Origin: a virus | Taxonomy: Duplodnaviria > Caudoviricetes | DNA: 51,355 bases | IMG/VR virus record: IMGVR_UViG_3300037755_000354 | Coordinates: 1-51,355 of that record | Reading direction: 5' to 3' (one strand) | Part shown: piece after piece, positions 1 through 8,771 of the stretch | Position numbering within the stretch: the stretch's first letter is position 1 | How the letters are laid out: each line of letters starts with the position of its first letter | Translations under genes and position numbers: made by a program | Notes under the pieces: generated by a model | Seen by the model: only the letters and a program-made list of their open reading frames with translations | Database searches by the model: none | Told to the model about the DNA's origin: nothing

Positions 1-89
1 GCCTTTGTGCTGGCTCTTTTTTATGGAACGCAGGCTCTAACCACGTTCCGACCATCATTCAACAGACTTGGCCAGCCTTTGTGCTGGCT
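1..89. repeat. Terminal direct repeat (assembly overlap of a circular contig), copy 1
   Basis: 1-89 is identical to 51267-51355 and lies inside a 74-bp tandem repeat. Confidence 0.9.
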
Positions 90-175
90 CTTTTTTATGG
101 AACGCAGGCTCTAACCACGTTCCGACCGTTTACCTGAGAGAGACTCAAGCCAGCTTTTGGGCTGGCTCTTTTTTT
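1..175 (+). repeat. 74-bp tandem repeat (left part): GGAACG-loop-CGTTCC hairpin, linker, GCCAGC-loop-GCTGGC hairpin and T-tract
   Basis: gcctttgtgc recurs at 1 and 75; the unit starting at 99 keeps both stems but has a different linker and terminator loop. Confidence 0.9.
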
Positions 176-278
176 GACACCTTAAGGCGGGTCAAGTGGG
201 TTGATACATCCGAATCACGCGTATCACAATATCAAGATGGTCTTTATGGACAGGAAAAGACCCGGCGTTTGCGCTCGG

Positions 279-500
279 TCATACAGTGAACACCTTCAGC
301 CGAATTGCGGTGATGATCGCCTGCGCCATTGTGGCCGCGCCAAGCCGCTTACGCAGGCGGCGGGAATGCACTTCGATCGTGCGCGGCGATAGGCCGAGCC
401 GCTTGGCGATCAGCCGTTGCGGAACGCCTTCTGCGGCGAGACTCATGATGGCGAGCTGGCGTGTTGTTAATGGCAGCGCCGGTGGATCAGGTTGTTTCAT
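279..500 (-). CDS. LuxR/GerE-type HTH DNA-binding protein
   Basis: LTTRQLAIMSLAAEG...IAKRLGLSPRTIEVHSRRLRKRLGA matches the LuxR C-terminal HTH pattern. Confidence 0.85.
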   Translation of the reverse strand: MKQPDPPALPLTTRQLAIMSLAAEGVPQRLIAKRLGLSPRTIEVHSRRLRKRLGAATMAQAIITAIRLKVFTV

Positions 501-1026
501 CTACCCACTCAATTCTCATTCCCGTGGCGTCGACTATTTCCTCGGCGGAGTGCGCTTCCTCGGATTGCCCTGTCTGCATGTGCCATTGTCCATCGTCAGC
601 CATATTCGGCGGCCACAGGACGAACGAGTCCTGCTCATTGTGAATGAGGCCGAGAACGCGTTGCTCGCCGCGGCGCAATAGAAAGCGGCGCAATCCGAGA
701 TCTTCATGCGCGTTCGGATATCGCGGATCGATCCAGATCTGCACGACGGGTATTTTGTGAATTTCGCCAGTTGCATTGTCGCTGACCTTGATGAATTCCG
801 GCATGCAATCGATGACGTAATGCACGCGGTCCGGACGGCGCAGATCAGCGGTGTCATTACCCATCAGCCAGGCGCACGACCAGAGACGGCAGCAGTTCGG
901 ACGGTGCTTATAGATCTTGCAGCCCTTGCTGTGCGATTGATGCTTGCACCGTTCGCCTGCAGCCTTGCCGAGGGATTTGACCGGCACCAGTTTGCAGCAA
1001 AGCTGGCAGTCACCGCAATTTCGCAT
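487..1026 (-). CDS. YkgJ-like CxxCxxCC cysteine-cluster protein
   Basis: MRNCGDCQLCCK...C...GCKIY..RP..CR.W.C; ATG at 1026 overlaps the upstream stop (TGATG). Confidence 0.75.
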   Translation of the reverse strand: MRNCGDCQLCCKLVPVKSLGKAAGERCKHQSHSKGCKIYKHRPNCCRLWSCAWLMGNDTADLRRPDRVHYVIDCMPEFIKVSDNATGEIHKIPVVQIWIDPRYPNAHEDLGLRRFLLRRGEQRVLGLIHNEQDSFVLWPPNMADDGQWHMQTGQSEEAHSAEEIVDATGMRIEWVDETT

Positions 1027-1376
1027 CAACTCGGCCAGCCATTCGCTTTGAGGAATTCGGCCATCGATCCCGCTGTGCGCTGCATCTCGAAATGCAGCGT
1101 GAGCACCTTGCTGCAAAGCGCGTCCTGGTCGAGCTGCCGATTGAACGTTGCATCATTGAAAAGCATGGCAGGCTGTATTTCGAGCGCGTCGCAGAGCTTC
1201 TCGATCCAGGCGACGCTCAACGTCATCTCTGCGTTTTCAAGTCGGCTGAGCGTCTGCGCTGTCGTGCACATCTTCTCGGCGAGTTGCCTCAGTGGCATGC
1301 CTCTGGCTTTCCGAAGCTCACGCAGGCGCTTGCCGGTCTTGATCGCTAATGGTTCATTTTCTGGTGCTGTGAGCAT
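1026..1376 (-). CDS. XRE-family HTH transcriptional regulator
   Basis: GKRLRELRKARGMPLRQLAEKMCTTAQTLSRLEN. Confidence 0.85.
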   Translation of the reverse strand: MLTAPENEPLAIKTGKRLRELRKARGMPLRQLAEKMCTTAQTLSRLENAEMTLSVAWIEKLCDALEIQPAMLFNDATFNRQLDQDALCSKVLTLHFEMQRTAGSMAEFLKANGWPS

Positions 1377-1407
1377 GGTCGTATTCTCGTAATATTTTTC
1401 TGTTTAA

Positions 1408-1684
1408 TGTAGCCGGGCCAGGGGAATCAGACCCGGCCCGGCTACACGATGATGAAGACACCCCGTCGTTTTCTTTTTGCACTTCATCGCTACTTTTTGG
1501 TCTCAGGGAAGGACATCGGATGGCCGTTACGAGCGAGCAATCCACATCCAACACCCCTGAGACCATCACCTGACGCCGATCGTTCAACGTCAGGATTTCA
1601 GCCCTGCGGCGGGAGGAAATAAGAACCACCGCAGGGCGAGCGCTTGCCAGGCGACGCGCCGGGAAAGGGCGGATTGGCAAGCGC
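1408..1684 (-). ncRNA. Candidate structured RNA of six consecutive hairpins between GT2 and the XRE gene
   Basis: Inverted repeats 1408-1419/1435-1446, 1451-1457/1482-1488, 1498-1508/1555-1565, 1569-1575/1588-1594, 1601-1609/1629-1637, 1640-1649/1675-1684; two stems extend by G-U pairs only on the minus strand. Confidence 0.5.
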
Positions 1685-1690
1685 AACCCC

Positions 1691-2668
1691 TTAATATCCG
1701 TGTACTGTTTGATATGGCGCAGGTCTTGCGCTGGTGAGCAGGCCGGTGATCAGGCCAAACGCTTTGGCGAGTCGCTTGGCGCCCTTCAGCAGCTGCTTGC
1801 GTCCCCGCCTGGGGCTGAGCAGCATGCTGAGCGGCGACAGCAGCGAATGGACAGAACCATTGATGATCAGGTGCGCCGCCTTGACGCCCTTGCGAAGGGT
1901 GGTCCTGAGTGCGCCATGAAAGCGCTTGTCCTGCTGCGCATTCACCCACTCTTGATGAAACTCGCGTTGCACTTGCGCCATGAACGTCAGCCTTGATGGC
2001 GGAAGCATCTCATATGCGACAGCATCGGGCGTGTGGACAATCAGCGCGCCAGCGAGCTGCGCGCTCTTGAAGAAGTCGCGATCTTCGCCGCTGCTCAGGT
2101 TATAGACCTCGCGGAACCGCAGATTGAAATCATGCGGATCGATCAGCGCACCGGAAAACAGCACGCCGTTGGTTGTCGCAATGTCGGCATCAAGCCGCCA
2201 TTTGTGCGGCTTGGTTTTCGGGAATGCCCATCGCGGCATCGGATCGGGATAGTGAAAAGTCACGGATGATTTGACGACGTCCGCGCCGGTCTTGAACTGA
2301 GCCTCGATCATGTCAACCAGCCAGCTGTGCGGAACGCGCTGATCGTCATCGAGCATCACGATCCAGTCGCTCAGATGATTCCGCGCGAAACGCAGGATGG
2401 CGTTGCGAGCGATCGCAATGCCGGTGCGCGGCTCGTGAAGATAGAAAACGGCGAGATCAGGGTTCTCACGTTGGAAGGCTTCGACCAGGCCGCGCGCGAT
2501 CGGCGTCTCGTCGTTGTCGACGATGACGATCATCAAGCCGGACTGCGCCGGAATGTCGAGATCCTGAATCGATGCCAGGCATTGCGAAAGAAGGATGGGC
2601 CGCTGGCGTGTGCAAATCCCAAGGCAGATGCGCGTCATCGTGTGTGCGGAATGAATTTGAAGCATCAC
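1691..2668 (-). CDS. Family 2 glycosyltransferase (ExoM-like)
   Basis: ICLGICTRQRP, IVIVDND, GIAIARN, MLDDDQ (DxD), GEDRDFF. Confidence 0.9.
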   Translation of the reverse strand: MMLQIHSAHTMTRICLGICTRQRPILLSQCLASIQDLDIPAQSGLMIVIVDNDETPIARGLVEAFQRENPDLAVFYLHEPRTGIAIARNAILRFARNHLSDWIVMLDDDQRVPHSWLVDMIEAQFKTGADVVKSSVTFHYPDPMPRWAFPKTKPHKWRLDADIATTNGVLFSGALIDPHDFNLRFREVYNLSSGEDRDFFKSAQLAGALIVHTPDAVAYEMLPPSRLTFMAQVQREFHQEWVNAQQDKRFHGALRTTLRKGVKAAHLIINGSVHSLLSPLSMLLSPRRGRKQLLKGAKRLAKAFGLITGLLTSARPAPYQTVHGY

Positions 2669-2704
2669 AATATCCCCTTAAATGTGCAACTTTAGTAAAA
2701 TTGT

Positions 2705-2752
2705 TTGCACGTGTTGTGCAACAGGTTTTTTTGCATACACGTGATTGTGCAA
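2705..2752. promoter_or_regulatory. Two operator-like sites (TTGCAC...TGTGCAA family) upstream of GT2
   Basis: TTGCACGTGTTGTGCAA at 2705-2721 and ATACACGTGATTGTGCAA at 2735-2752 resemble the cI/cro operators. Confidence 0.55.
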
Positions 2753-2905
2753 CACGCGTTACGTGATTTTTCCCTTTGCAATCAAGGTTAACGGCTTGTG
2801 AATTTTTTTTTGTGATGAGTGGTATTGGACTGTGCGATCGGCGTGGCGGTCTCGCGGCGGAGATGTCCGCTTGCATTCTCGATTGAAAATTACGAAAATG
2901 GCGAC

Positions 2906-3108
2906 AATTGAGTGGGAAACAATCGGCAAAAAATCCAATAAAACAATAGAACCAAAATGTTTCCCACCGCCATCTAACCAATTGAAAAGATTGCAAATTG
3001 TCTGTATGGGGAAGATTACCATTCGGCAATTTTCGCATTGATTTTTAAGGGTTTTTCGCCGTTTTATTCCCACTCAATTTTTCACCGACCCGAAAGTGGG
3101 AAACATTT
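2906..3108. other. Putative attP with four integrase arm-type sites (GTGGGAAACA family)
   Basis: Copies at 2912(+), 2958(-), 3064(-) and 3096(+) flank an AT-rich ~95-bp interval at the integrase 3' end. Confidence 0.6.
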
Positions 3109-4205
3109 GAACCCTCTTTGTTCTGATCATTTCCGAGCAAATGCATGGCTGAGAGCGCCATTTTTGAGCGGCTTGCTCGGCGCGTATAGACGCGCGCCAT
3201 GTCGGCATCTTGCCAACCAAATATCGCCATGAGCTGCATTTCGGACGCGCCTCGCTCGGCGGCCAAGCTCGCTGCCGCCTTACGCAAGCCGTGAACGCTG
3301 CAATGTCGCAAGCCAGCCATGTCACACCACTCACGGAATTTATTGCCGAAGCTTTTTGCGGACCATGATTGGCCGCGATCGTTCACAAGGAACGTCAGGT
3401 GATGGCTCGGCGTGGCATCGATGATGGCCTGCAGCTCCGGCAGGATCGGGATGGTAACGACGACCGGATTGCGGTCTTCGTTCTTCTTTTGGGTAAACCG
3501 CAGGTTGCCGTCGCGCGTCCGGTGCTGCGGACCGAGCCGCACGATATCAGATCGGCGTTGGCCGGTGTAGGCCGCGAGGGCGAGCGCGAGCCGGGGCTGC
3601 GTCCCGATTGGGTGGCAGGTTTCGAACTGCTGAATTTCTTCGGTCGTCCATGTGTGATGGCCGTCAGAATGTATCTCGATTTTCTTGACGTCCTTCGCCG
3701 GATTGCTAGCCATGCGTTCATTTTCAGCAGCCCACTTGAAGACGGCGCGCAATGCCGACAACCGATGGTTGGCGGCGTTTGGCATGTCGGCTCGGCGGTC
3801 CCGCAGATCGCGGATGGCACGCGTTGTGATGCTGTGGAACGGCAGCTCGCCGACACGGCGCTTATCCTGCGGCGAAATGGTTTCGTTCGCCACGCTGCGC
3901 AGCTGGGCGCGCGTATTTTCCTGCGTTCCCTTTGCGAGTCCCTTGAAGCCAGCCGACTGATAAAAGGCGGCGCAAAGCCAATCGAGCGTTTGCTGGTCCG
4001 GCCGCGCGTGCGGCGTTTCTGGTGCGGATAATGAAAACGCTCGACCTTCAAGCGCTGCCTCATAGGCTTCCCTGAATTCACGCGAACCGGGCAGGCCGCG
4101 CAGCCGGATTTTCTTTTCAGCGCCGCGCCTGTAAAAGTAGTACCTTACGTTTCCATTTCGGTCGATATCGGAATGCACGTACTTGTACTTGATCCGCGCC
4201 ATCAT
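3045..4205 (-). CDS. int: Tyrosine recombinase / phage integrase
   Basis: Catalytic motifs TGQRRSD, HGLRK, FGW...Y; N-terminal arm-binding-like region. Confidence 0.95.
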   Translation of the reverse strand: MMARIKYKYVHSDIDRNGNVRYYFYRRGAEKKIRLRGLPGSREFREAYEAALEGRAFSLSAPETPHARPDQQTLDWLCAAFYQSAGFKGLAKGTQENTRAQLRSVANETISPQDKRRVGELPFHSITTRAIRDLRDRRADMPNAANHRLSALRAVFKWAAENERMASNPAKDVKKIEIHSDGHHTWTTEEIQQFETCHPIGTQPRLALALAAYTGQRRSDIVRLGPQHRTRDGNLRFTQKKNEDRNPVVVTIPILPELQAIIDATPSHHLTFLVNDRGQSWSAKSFGNKFREWCDMAGLRHCSVHGLRKAAASLAAERGASEMQLMAIFGWQDADMARVYTRRASRSKMALSAMHLLGNDQNKEGSNVSHFRVGEKLSGNKTAKNP

Positions 4206-4477
4206 CAGGCATTCCTCACCATATCCCAAGGGTTATTTACCTTTGGTTCTGCGCCTTCTTCTTCTGGTAAGCAAGCGAAAGCTTCGTCGAGCGCGTGCCT
4301 GTCCCAAACTACGCGGCCATCAAGACGCTTGGGTCTCGGCATCCATCCGCGCTCAATCATCCGATCAAACAGGCTGGTTCCGACACCGACATAGGCCGCG
4401 GCTTGCGCGCGATTGAGCCCGCGCGGCGGCAGCGAATGCGGCAATGCGTTGCCGGTGGCTTTATGCGTCTGGCTCAT
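4205..4477 (-). CDS. xis: Excisionase (AlpA/MerR-like HTH)
   Basis: PRGLNRAQAAAYVGVGTSLFDRMIERGWMPRP; directly upstream of int. Confidence 0.8.
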   Translation of the reverse strand: MSQTHKATGNALPHSLPPRGLNRAQAAAYVGVGTSLFDRMIERGWMPRPKRLDGRVVWDRHALDEAFACLPEEEGAEPKVNNPWDMVRNA

Positions 4478-4728
4478 TCATGCCATCTGCGAAGGAAAGG
4501 CGGCCAGCCGTAACCACCTTTTTGCCAGTCCCGATCTTCTGGATCACTCGGCTGCTTATCGCCTACTTTTTCATCAATCATCAGCTTGAGAATATCGCGC
4601 TCGGTCTCTTCCTTGATCTTGTCCCACAAGCTGCCGGGCACGAATTCGCGGCCGATGCGATCGCGCCTGCGTGCAGCTTCTGCGGCGGCTCTGATGGCGT
4701 CGTTCCAGATTTTCGCGCGGGTCGTCAT
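4474..4728 (-). CDS. Hypothetical protein
   Basis: Coupled to neighbours by ATGA overlaps. Confidence 0.6.
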   Translation of the reverse strand: MTTRAKIWNDAIRAAAEAARRRDRIGREFVPGSLWDKIKEETERDILKLMIDEKVGDKQPSDPEDRDWQKGGYGWPPFLRRWHE

Positions 4729-4940
4729 GATTGCTCTAGTCTTTCATTGATGATTTTTTGAATGGCATCAGCCCAGCGGTCTCTCTGCGCACCAGCTTCG
4801 AGGCGTTGATTAATGTAGGCCTCGCTATAAGCTTCTCGGTCTCCTCTACGGCCGTCTACCCATGATCGATTGAGATCAGCTTCCTCACGAAGGTGTGCGG
4901 CTGCTTCGGCAAGATCCGTGTAGATGGAAGGCGCTTTCAT
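4725..4940 (-). CDS. Hypothetical protein
   Basis: Fits operon packing; start codon uncertain. Confidence 0.55.
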   Translation of the reverse strand: MKAPSIYTDLAEAAAHLREEADLNRSWVDGRRGDREAYSEAYINQRLEAGAQRDRWADAIQKIINERLEQS

Positions 4941-4971
4941 GGCGTCACCGCTCTTGTGATTGGGGGTCTCG

Positions 4972-5277
4972 TCATTCGTCAACCTCGGCTGCTTCATGTT
5001 CCTGATGCTCAATCACTTCCGGCCCGAGCGGATCCAGCCTATGCTTCTCACGATGCGCCTCGATGCTGTCACAGCCGTCGAGCGCAATCCGCATGGCGGC
5101 GACAGCAATGCGAACCGCATGCCGCTGCACGACGTCGGACGGGTGCCATGCCATCGCCTGCGCCATACCCATGAAGGAATTGTGCAGCGCTTTGTAGTTG
5201 CCTACATTGCTGGGACGGACGCGGCGGGATTCCGCCAGCTTCATCACGACTTGTGCGAGGAATTCTGAGTTTTTCAT
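4972..5277 (-). CDS. Hypothetical protein
   Basis: Start MKNSEF overlaps the upstream stop. Confidence 0.6.
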   Translation of the reverse strand: MKNSEFLAQVVMKLAESRRVRPSNVGNYKALHNSFMGMAQAMAWHPSDVVQRHAVRIAVAAMRIALDGCDSIEAHREKHRLDPLGPEVIEHQEHEAAEVDE

Positions 5278-5498
5278 TTCGATAATTTCTGTCCATTCAT
5301 TTCGCGATGCTCTGGGCAATAGTGAAACCACGTGCCGCGCTCTTTCCGCGCCTGCCAGCCTTTTGCTCGAATGAACTGCGTTGCCTGGAAGAATGAGCGG
5401 TCCATGACGTCGAGACAGGCCTTGCAGCCGTGATGGTCGCAGGTGATGAGAAAGTCGGATTTGTCGGATGCGGTCTTGCGGATGGTTTCTAGGGTCAT
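5274..5498 (-). CDS. Small Cys/His metal-binding phage protein
   Basis: ITCD..GC...GW...HYCPEH. Confidence 0.65.
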   Translation of the reverse strand: MTLETIRKTASDKSDFLITCDHHGCKACLDVMDRSFFQATQFIRAKGWQARKERGTWFHYCPEHREMNGQKLSK

Positions 5499-5695
5499 TC
5501 GCCGTCATCCTTAATCACATCAGGAAATCCGAACGCCTCACCATGCGGACCAACACACGCCGCGGCGAGATGTCGTTTCAGTGGTTCCAATAATTTAACG
5601 GCGCTTTTGCACTGCGGTTCGGTCATGGTGATATGCTTCATTTCTGAAACGCCTCCAACCAGGCCGCCTAAAATGACGAGTAATGTCCAGTCCAT
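5495..5695 (-). CDS. Small hypothetical protein with hydrophobic N-terminus
   Basis: MDWTLLVILGG; two Cys; coupled to the next gene. Confidence 0.55.
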   Translation of the reverse strand: MDWTLLVILGGLVGGVSEMKHITMTEPQCKSAVKLLEPLKRHLAAACVGPHGEAFGFPDVIKDDGE

Positions 5696-5742
5696 GAGCT
5701 TGCCTCAGTTGATTGTGATTCTGATGTTGGCGGCGTAGCGGG

Positions 5743-5955
5743 TCATTCCGCCACCTCTTCAACGCTATCCTCTGGCACTGTGAAAAAAGGATAGTCACCG
5801 TCTGACTTCATCGTTACGGAGATGTGCGGCACGCCTGTCATTCTGGTGTCATCGCGAGCGAGTCCGTAGTCATGCTTTGCGCATGCGAATACGATAGTGC
5901 CAGCGGTTGCCTTGGCCTCATTGGCGGCGTTTACCTTCATGCGGTAGCGGGTCAC
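5743..5955 (-). CDS. Hypothetical phage protein
   Basis: GTG start overlapping the gcrA-like stop; DYGLARDD...GDYPFFTVP. Confidence 0.6.
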   Translation of the reverse strand: MTRYRMKVNAANEAKATAGTIVFACAKHDYGLARDDTRMTGVPHISVTMKSDGDYPFFTVPEDSVEEVAE

Positions 5956-6410
5956 TGTCCCATCATCCGGGCTGATGCGCGGCACCGATGAAAGTCGCAA
6001 TACGGAACGCCGCATGCCTTCTCATGGCCGCAGAATTTAATCGGCGTATCGTTCGTGACAGGCCATTTGCAGGTGCGTTCCGTGAGGCTGGAAATGTCGA
6101 GCATGAGCGGTGCCGGTGCTTCGTTTACGATCTGCGGTTTCACCAGCTTCGGCGAAGGCCTCGCGGATGGCGGTATGAGAAAGCGCTTGCCTGAAAATGT
6201 CTGCGGCTTGCGTTCCTGCGGCTTCTTGGGTATCGGCGGCTCGCCTCTGCGTGGCTGGCCTCTGCGTCTTTCTGGCAGGTCAAGGCGCTTGCGCATGCCG
6301 ATGACAGCATTTTTGGTCACGCCGATTGCTTCGCCAATTTGCGAAGCGGGCAACTTGTCGGCCCACATTCGTTTCGGCTTCTCAATGCGCTCTTCGGTCC
6401 AGCCGCTCAT
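5952..6410 (-). CDS. gcrA: GcrA-like cell-cycle regulator
   Basis: WTEERI...W...ASQIGEAIGVTKNAVIG and C-terminal CKWPV...FCGH...PYCDFH. Confidence 0.85.
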   Translation of the reverse strand: MSGWTEERIEKPKRMWADKLPASQIGEAIGVTKNAVIGMRKRLDLPERRRGQPRRGEPPIPKKPQERKPQTFSGKRFLIPPSARPSPKLVKPQIVNEAPAPLMLDISSLTERTCKWPVTNDTPIKFCGHEKACGVPYCDFHRCRASARMMGQ

Positions 6411-6844
6411 GGCCACATCATCCCGTCATATGTGGCGCCGACAATCGCGATGCGGCACCCAGGTGTCTCGCCGAAACCCGCAAGCTTCTTGAACGCCATT
6501 AGCGCCACGACCTGGCTATCGTCGCGCCACATGCCGGCCGAACCGATGGCATCGAGAATGGCGCGCGCCAGCTTGTCGATGTCCGGTTTCTTGATTGCAG
6601 GCGGCGTGAGCTTCTTTGGCGTCGCTACGGGCCGCCTCAACACAAAGAGCAATTCCACGTTGACAGGACCGCCGAAGAACGCGAGCGGCTTTCCCGCGGC
6701 GTCCAGGCAGGCAGAGCGCACGTCCGAACGCCATGGCGCGACATGCTTCGAAGACTCCACCATGATGCCCTTGCCGACATGGCGTTTTGAGCCTTGCGGT
6801 GCGGGATGGCCGGGGACAAAAGCGCGAAAGGATTTGCTAGACAT
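6407..6844 (-). CDS. rusA: RusA-like Holliday junction resolvase
   Basis: PAPQGSKR, KPDIDKLARAILDA, WRDDSQVV. Confidence 0.9.
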   Translation of the reverse strand: MSSKSFRAFVPGHPAPQGSKRHVGKGIMVESSKHVAPWRSDVRSACLDAAGKPLAFFGGPVNVELLFVLRRPVATPKKLTPPAIKKPDIDKLARAILDAIGSAGMWRDDSQVVALMAFKKLAGFGETPGCRIAIVGATYDGMMWP

Positions 6845-7191
6845 TACCCCCTCGCCTGCTTCAGCCGATAGGTCAGCAAGTGAAGCTCAATAAGGGGCGC
6901 CATCACGGCCATTGACGGCTTGTGTTTCGGCAATATGCCATCCTCGACGGCCTTGATGGCCTTCTCGCTGGCGGCAATCAGTTCCATGAGCTGTTCTGCA
7001 GCATCGCCGCTGCTCGCCTTTTCAGCGTCTCGCAGAAGCAGCCCTTCGCGGATTTCCTCAGCGACGTTCTGCCGGATCAGCGTGCCGTCATATTCGATGC
7101 GGTCGAAGACGCGTCCGGCAATGCGGTCGGCATCGACCTGGCCGGGCTTGATCGTGGCTTCGTATCGGTCCCAGCGCGTGAGCCTAGTCAT
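6844..7191 (-). CDS. Hypothetical protein
   Basis: Tightly packed in the leftward operon. Confidence 0.6.
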   Translation of the reverse strand: MTRLTRWDRYEATIKPGQVDADRIAGRVFDRIEYDGTLIRQNVAEEIREGLLLRDAEKASSGDAAEQLMELIAASEKAIKAVEDGILPKHKPSMAVMAPLIELHLLTYRLKQARG

Positions 7192-7415
7192 TTCGCACGC
7201 TCAGGAAGGAAGCCGGCAAAAAAGCCCAGCGTCGCGCCAAGCTGCCACGCCTCGAGCGGATGCTGAAGCAGGCTGAAAGCGACGAGCGTCTGGTCGATGG
7301 GATTGCCGGCATATAGTGCGATGAGATGGGCAGCACCTGCGCCGATAGCTGTGCGGGCAAGGATGTCCGCAAGGAGGCCTAGCCAAGCGCCAATAATGAG
7401 TGCGATGTTTTGCAT
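7188..7415 (-). CDS. Small membrane protein
   Basis: MQNIALIIGAWLGLL...; hydrophobic segments. Confidence 0.55.
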   Translation of the reverse strand: MQNIALIIGAWLGLLADILARTAIGAGAAHLIALYAGNPIDQTLVAFSLLQHPLEAWQLGATLGFFAGFLPERAK

Positions 7416-7417
7416 GG

Positions 7418-7711
7418 TCAGCCCGCCATCACATGAAGTGCGAACAGCGTCGCGCTCGCTATCCAGCCGGCCGAACCAATCAGCCAGGCGGATTTGAGCG
7501 ACTGCACGACGTTGATGGCGGTCCAGTGCCAACTGCGCTGCAGGACAATGCGGCCGGCGTGATAGAGGCTCTGGCCGATCAGCAGCCAGCTGCCAATGAA
7601 GACGGTCCAGAGCGCGGCGAGCTCGCCTTGCGGCGCAATGGCTCGCGCGGCGCGGTCTGGCGCATAGCGGCTGAAATCGATTGTGTCGGGATACGTCGTC
7701 GCGAGTGCCAT
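7418..7711 (-). CDS. Membrane protein, first gene of the leftward early operon
   Basis: RBS aaaggg upstream; hydrophobic segments. Confidence 0.55.
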   Translation of the reverse strand: MALATTYPDTIDFSRYAPDRAARAIAPQGELAALWTVFIGSWLLIGQSLYHAGRIVLQRSWHWTAINVVQSLKSAWLIGSAGWIASATLFALHVMAG

Positions 7712-7843
7712 CTTGCGCCCTTTAAAAAGGGCCGGTTGACCCGAAGGAAGTAAATCAACCGGCCAAGTTTTGGGAGGAAACGCCCAAGGAGGGCACGAGC
7801 GTCATACCAGTCATGACGTTCGCAAGAGGCAGTGAACCAGAAA

Positions 7844-7884
7844 TTGCACAGGAGCGTCAATTAAAATTGCACAGTATTGTGCAA
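7844..7884. promoter_or_regulatory. Left operator region
   Basis: Palindrome TTGCACA-GTAT-TGTGCAA at 7867-7884; half site at 7844; TTGACG on the minus strand. Confidence 0.75.
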
Positions 7885-8679
7885 TCAAAGTTCTTCTATG
7901 GTAAACACCACGCGGCCGATGATGGTGCAATCGCTCGCGCCGTCCACTTTGAACGGTCCGTAATTCGGATTTGAAGCCTGCAGGGTAAAGGGAAACTGCG
8001 GCGCGGCCGGCCTGAACGGCATGCTCGAGCGCAATTGCCGCACAGTCGGTTCCATGTCGGGAAATTGCACAAGAGCGTACTTTCCCGGCATGATTTCGCG
8101 TTCCGGATCGACGACGATAAATGAACCAGGCGCAAAGGATCGGCCGCCGGGGCCGACCATGGAGTCGTCTTCAGACGGTATCTCATAACCAAAACTACGG
8201 GGCCCGGCGAGCAAGCTGCTGGATACGGGCAGAAATTCCTTAGTCATATCCGCTAAGGCCTCATTGCCAGAGATTAAATTCTCAATATTGCTCGCTCGTA
8301 TTATGGGAATATATCGAACTGTTTCGAAATGGGAAGATTTTTCATAAACCTGTTTGCTGGCGTGGTTAATTTCACTAGTTAATTCAACCGCTTCTGCGGA
8401 CTGATACTCAAGCAATTCAGGGCCATTGCCGAATAACAGGAAGTCGCGCGAGACCTTGAACAGCTCACAGTAGTGCATGAGCGTGTCTTCACGGTCCGGC
8501 GTGCGCTCGCCGCGCTCGTGCGAATAATAGGTGCGGGTGGCAATGCCCCATTTAGCGGGGATGTCACCGAGAGCGGCGCGGCGCGTGCTGTAGCCTGCGC
8601 GCTTCCTTGCCCATTGCAGGCGGCGGCCGAATTCCCGCGCCTGTTCCTGCCGCCAGCCTTTGGCCTGATCGTCGCCCAT
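7885..8679 (-). CDS. cI: CI-like repressor (HTH plus S24 peptidase domain)
   Basis: N-terminal HTH; DSM...FAPGSFIVVDP, LQASNPNY, IIGRVV; divergent from cro. Confidence 0.9.
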   Translation of the reverse strand: MGDDQAKGWRQEQAREFGRRLQWARKRAGYSTRRAALGDIPAKWGIATRTYYSHERGERTPDREDTLMHYCELFKVSRDFLLFGNGPELLEYQSAEAVELTSEINHASKQVYEKSSHFETVRYIPIIRASNIENLISGNEALADMTKEFLPVSSSLLAGPRSFGYEIPSEDDSMVGPGGRSFAPGSFIVVDPEREIMPGKYALVQFPDMEPTVRQLRSSMPFRPAAPQFPFTLQASNPNYGPFKVDGASDCTIIGRVVFTIEEL

Positions 8680-8706
8680 TAATCATGTCCTCGTTTTGTA
8701 CAACTT

Positions 8707-8771
8707 GTACACGATACTGTGCAAAAAATCCATTGACTATTTTCGGGCAAAAATTGCACAGTATTGTGCAT
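8707..8771. promoter_or_regulatory. Right operator sites between cI and cro
   Basis: AAAATTGCACAGTATTGTGCA at 8750-8770 is identical to 7863-7883; variant site at 8707-8724. Confidence 0.8.

Noticed and set aside
25-50. TGGTTAGAGC on the minus strand as a tRNA D-arm
   Set aside because: No cloverleaf, T-arm or acceptor stem can be built
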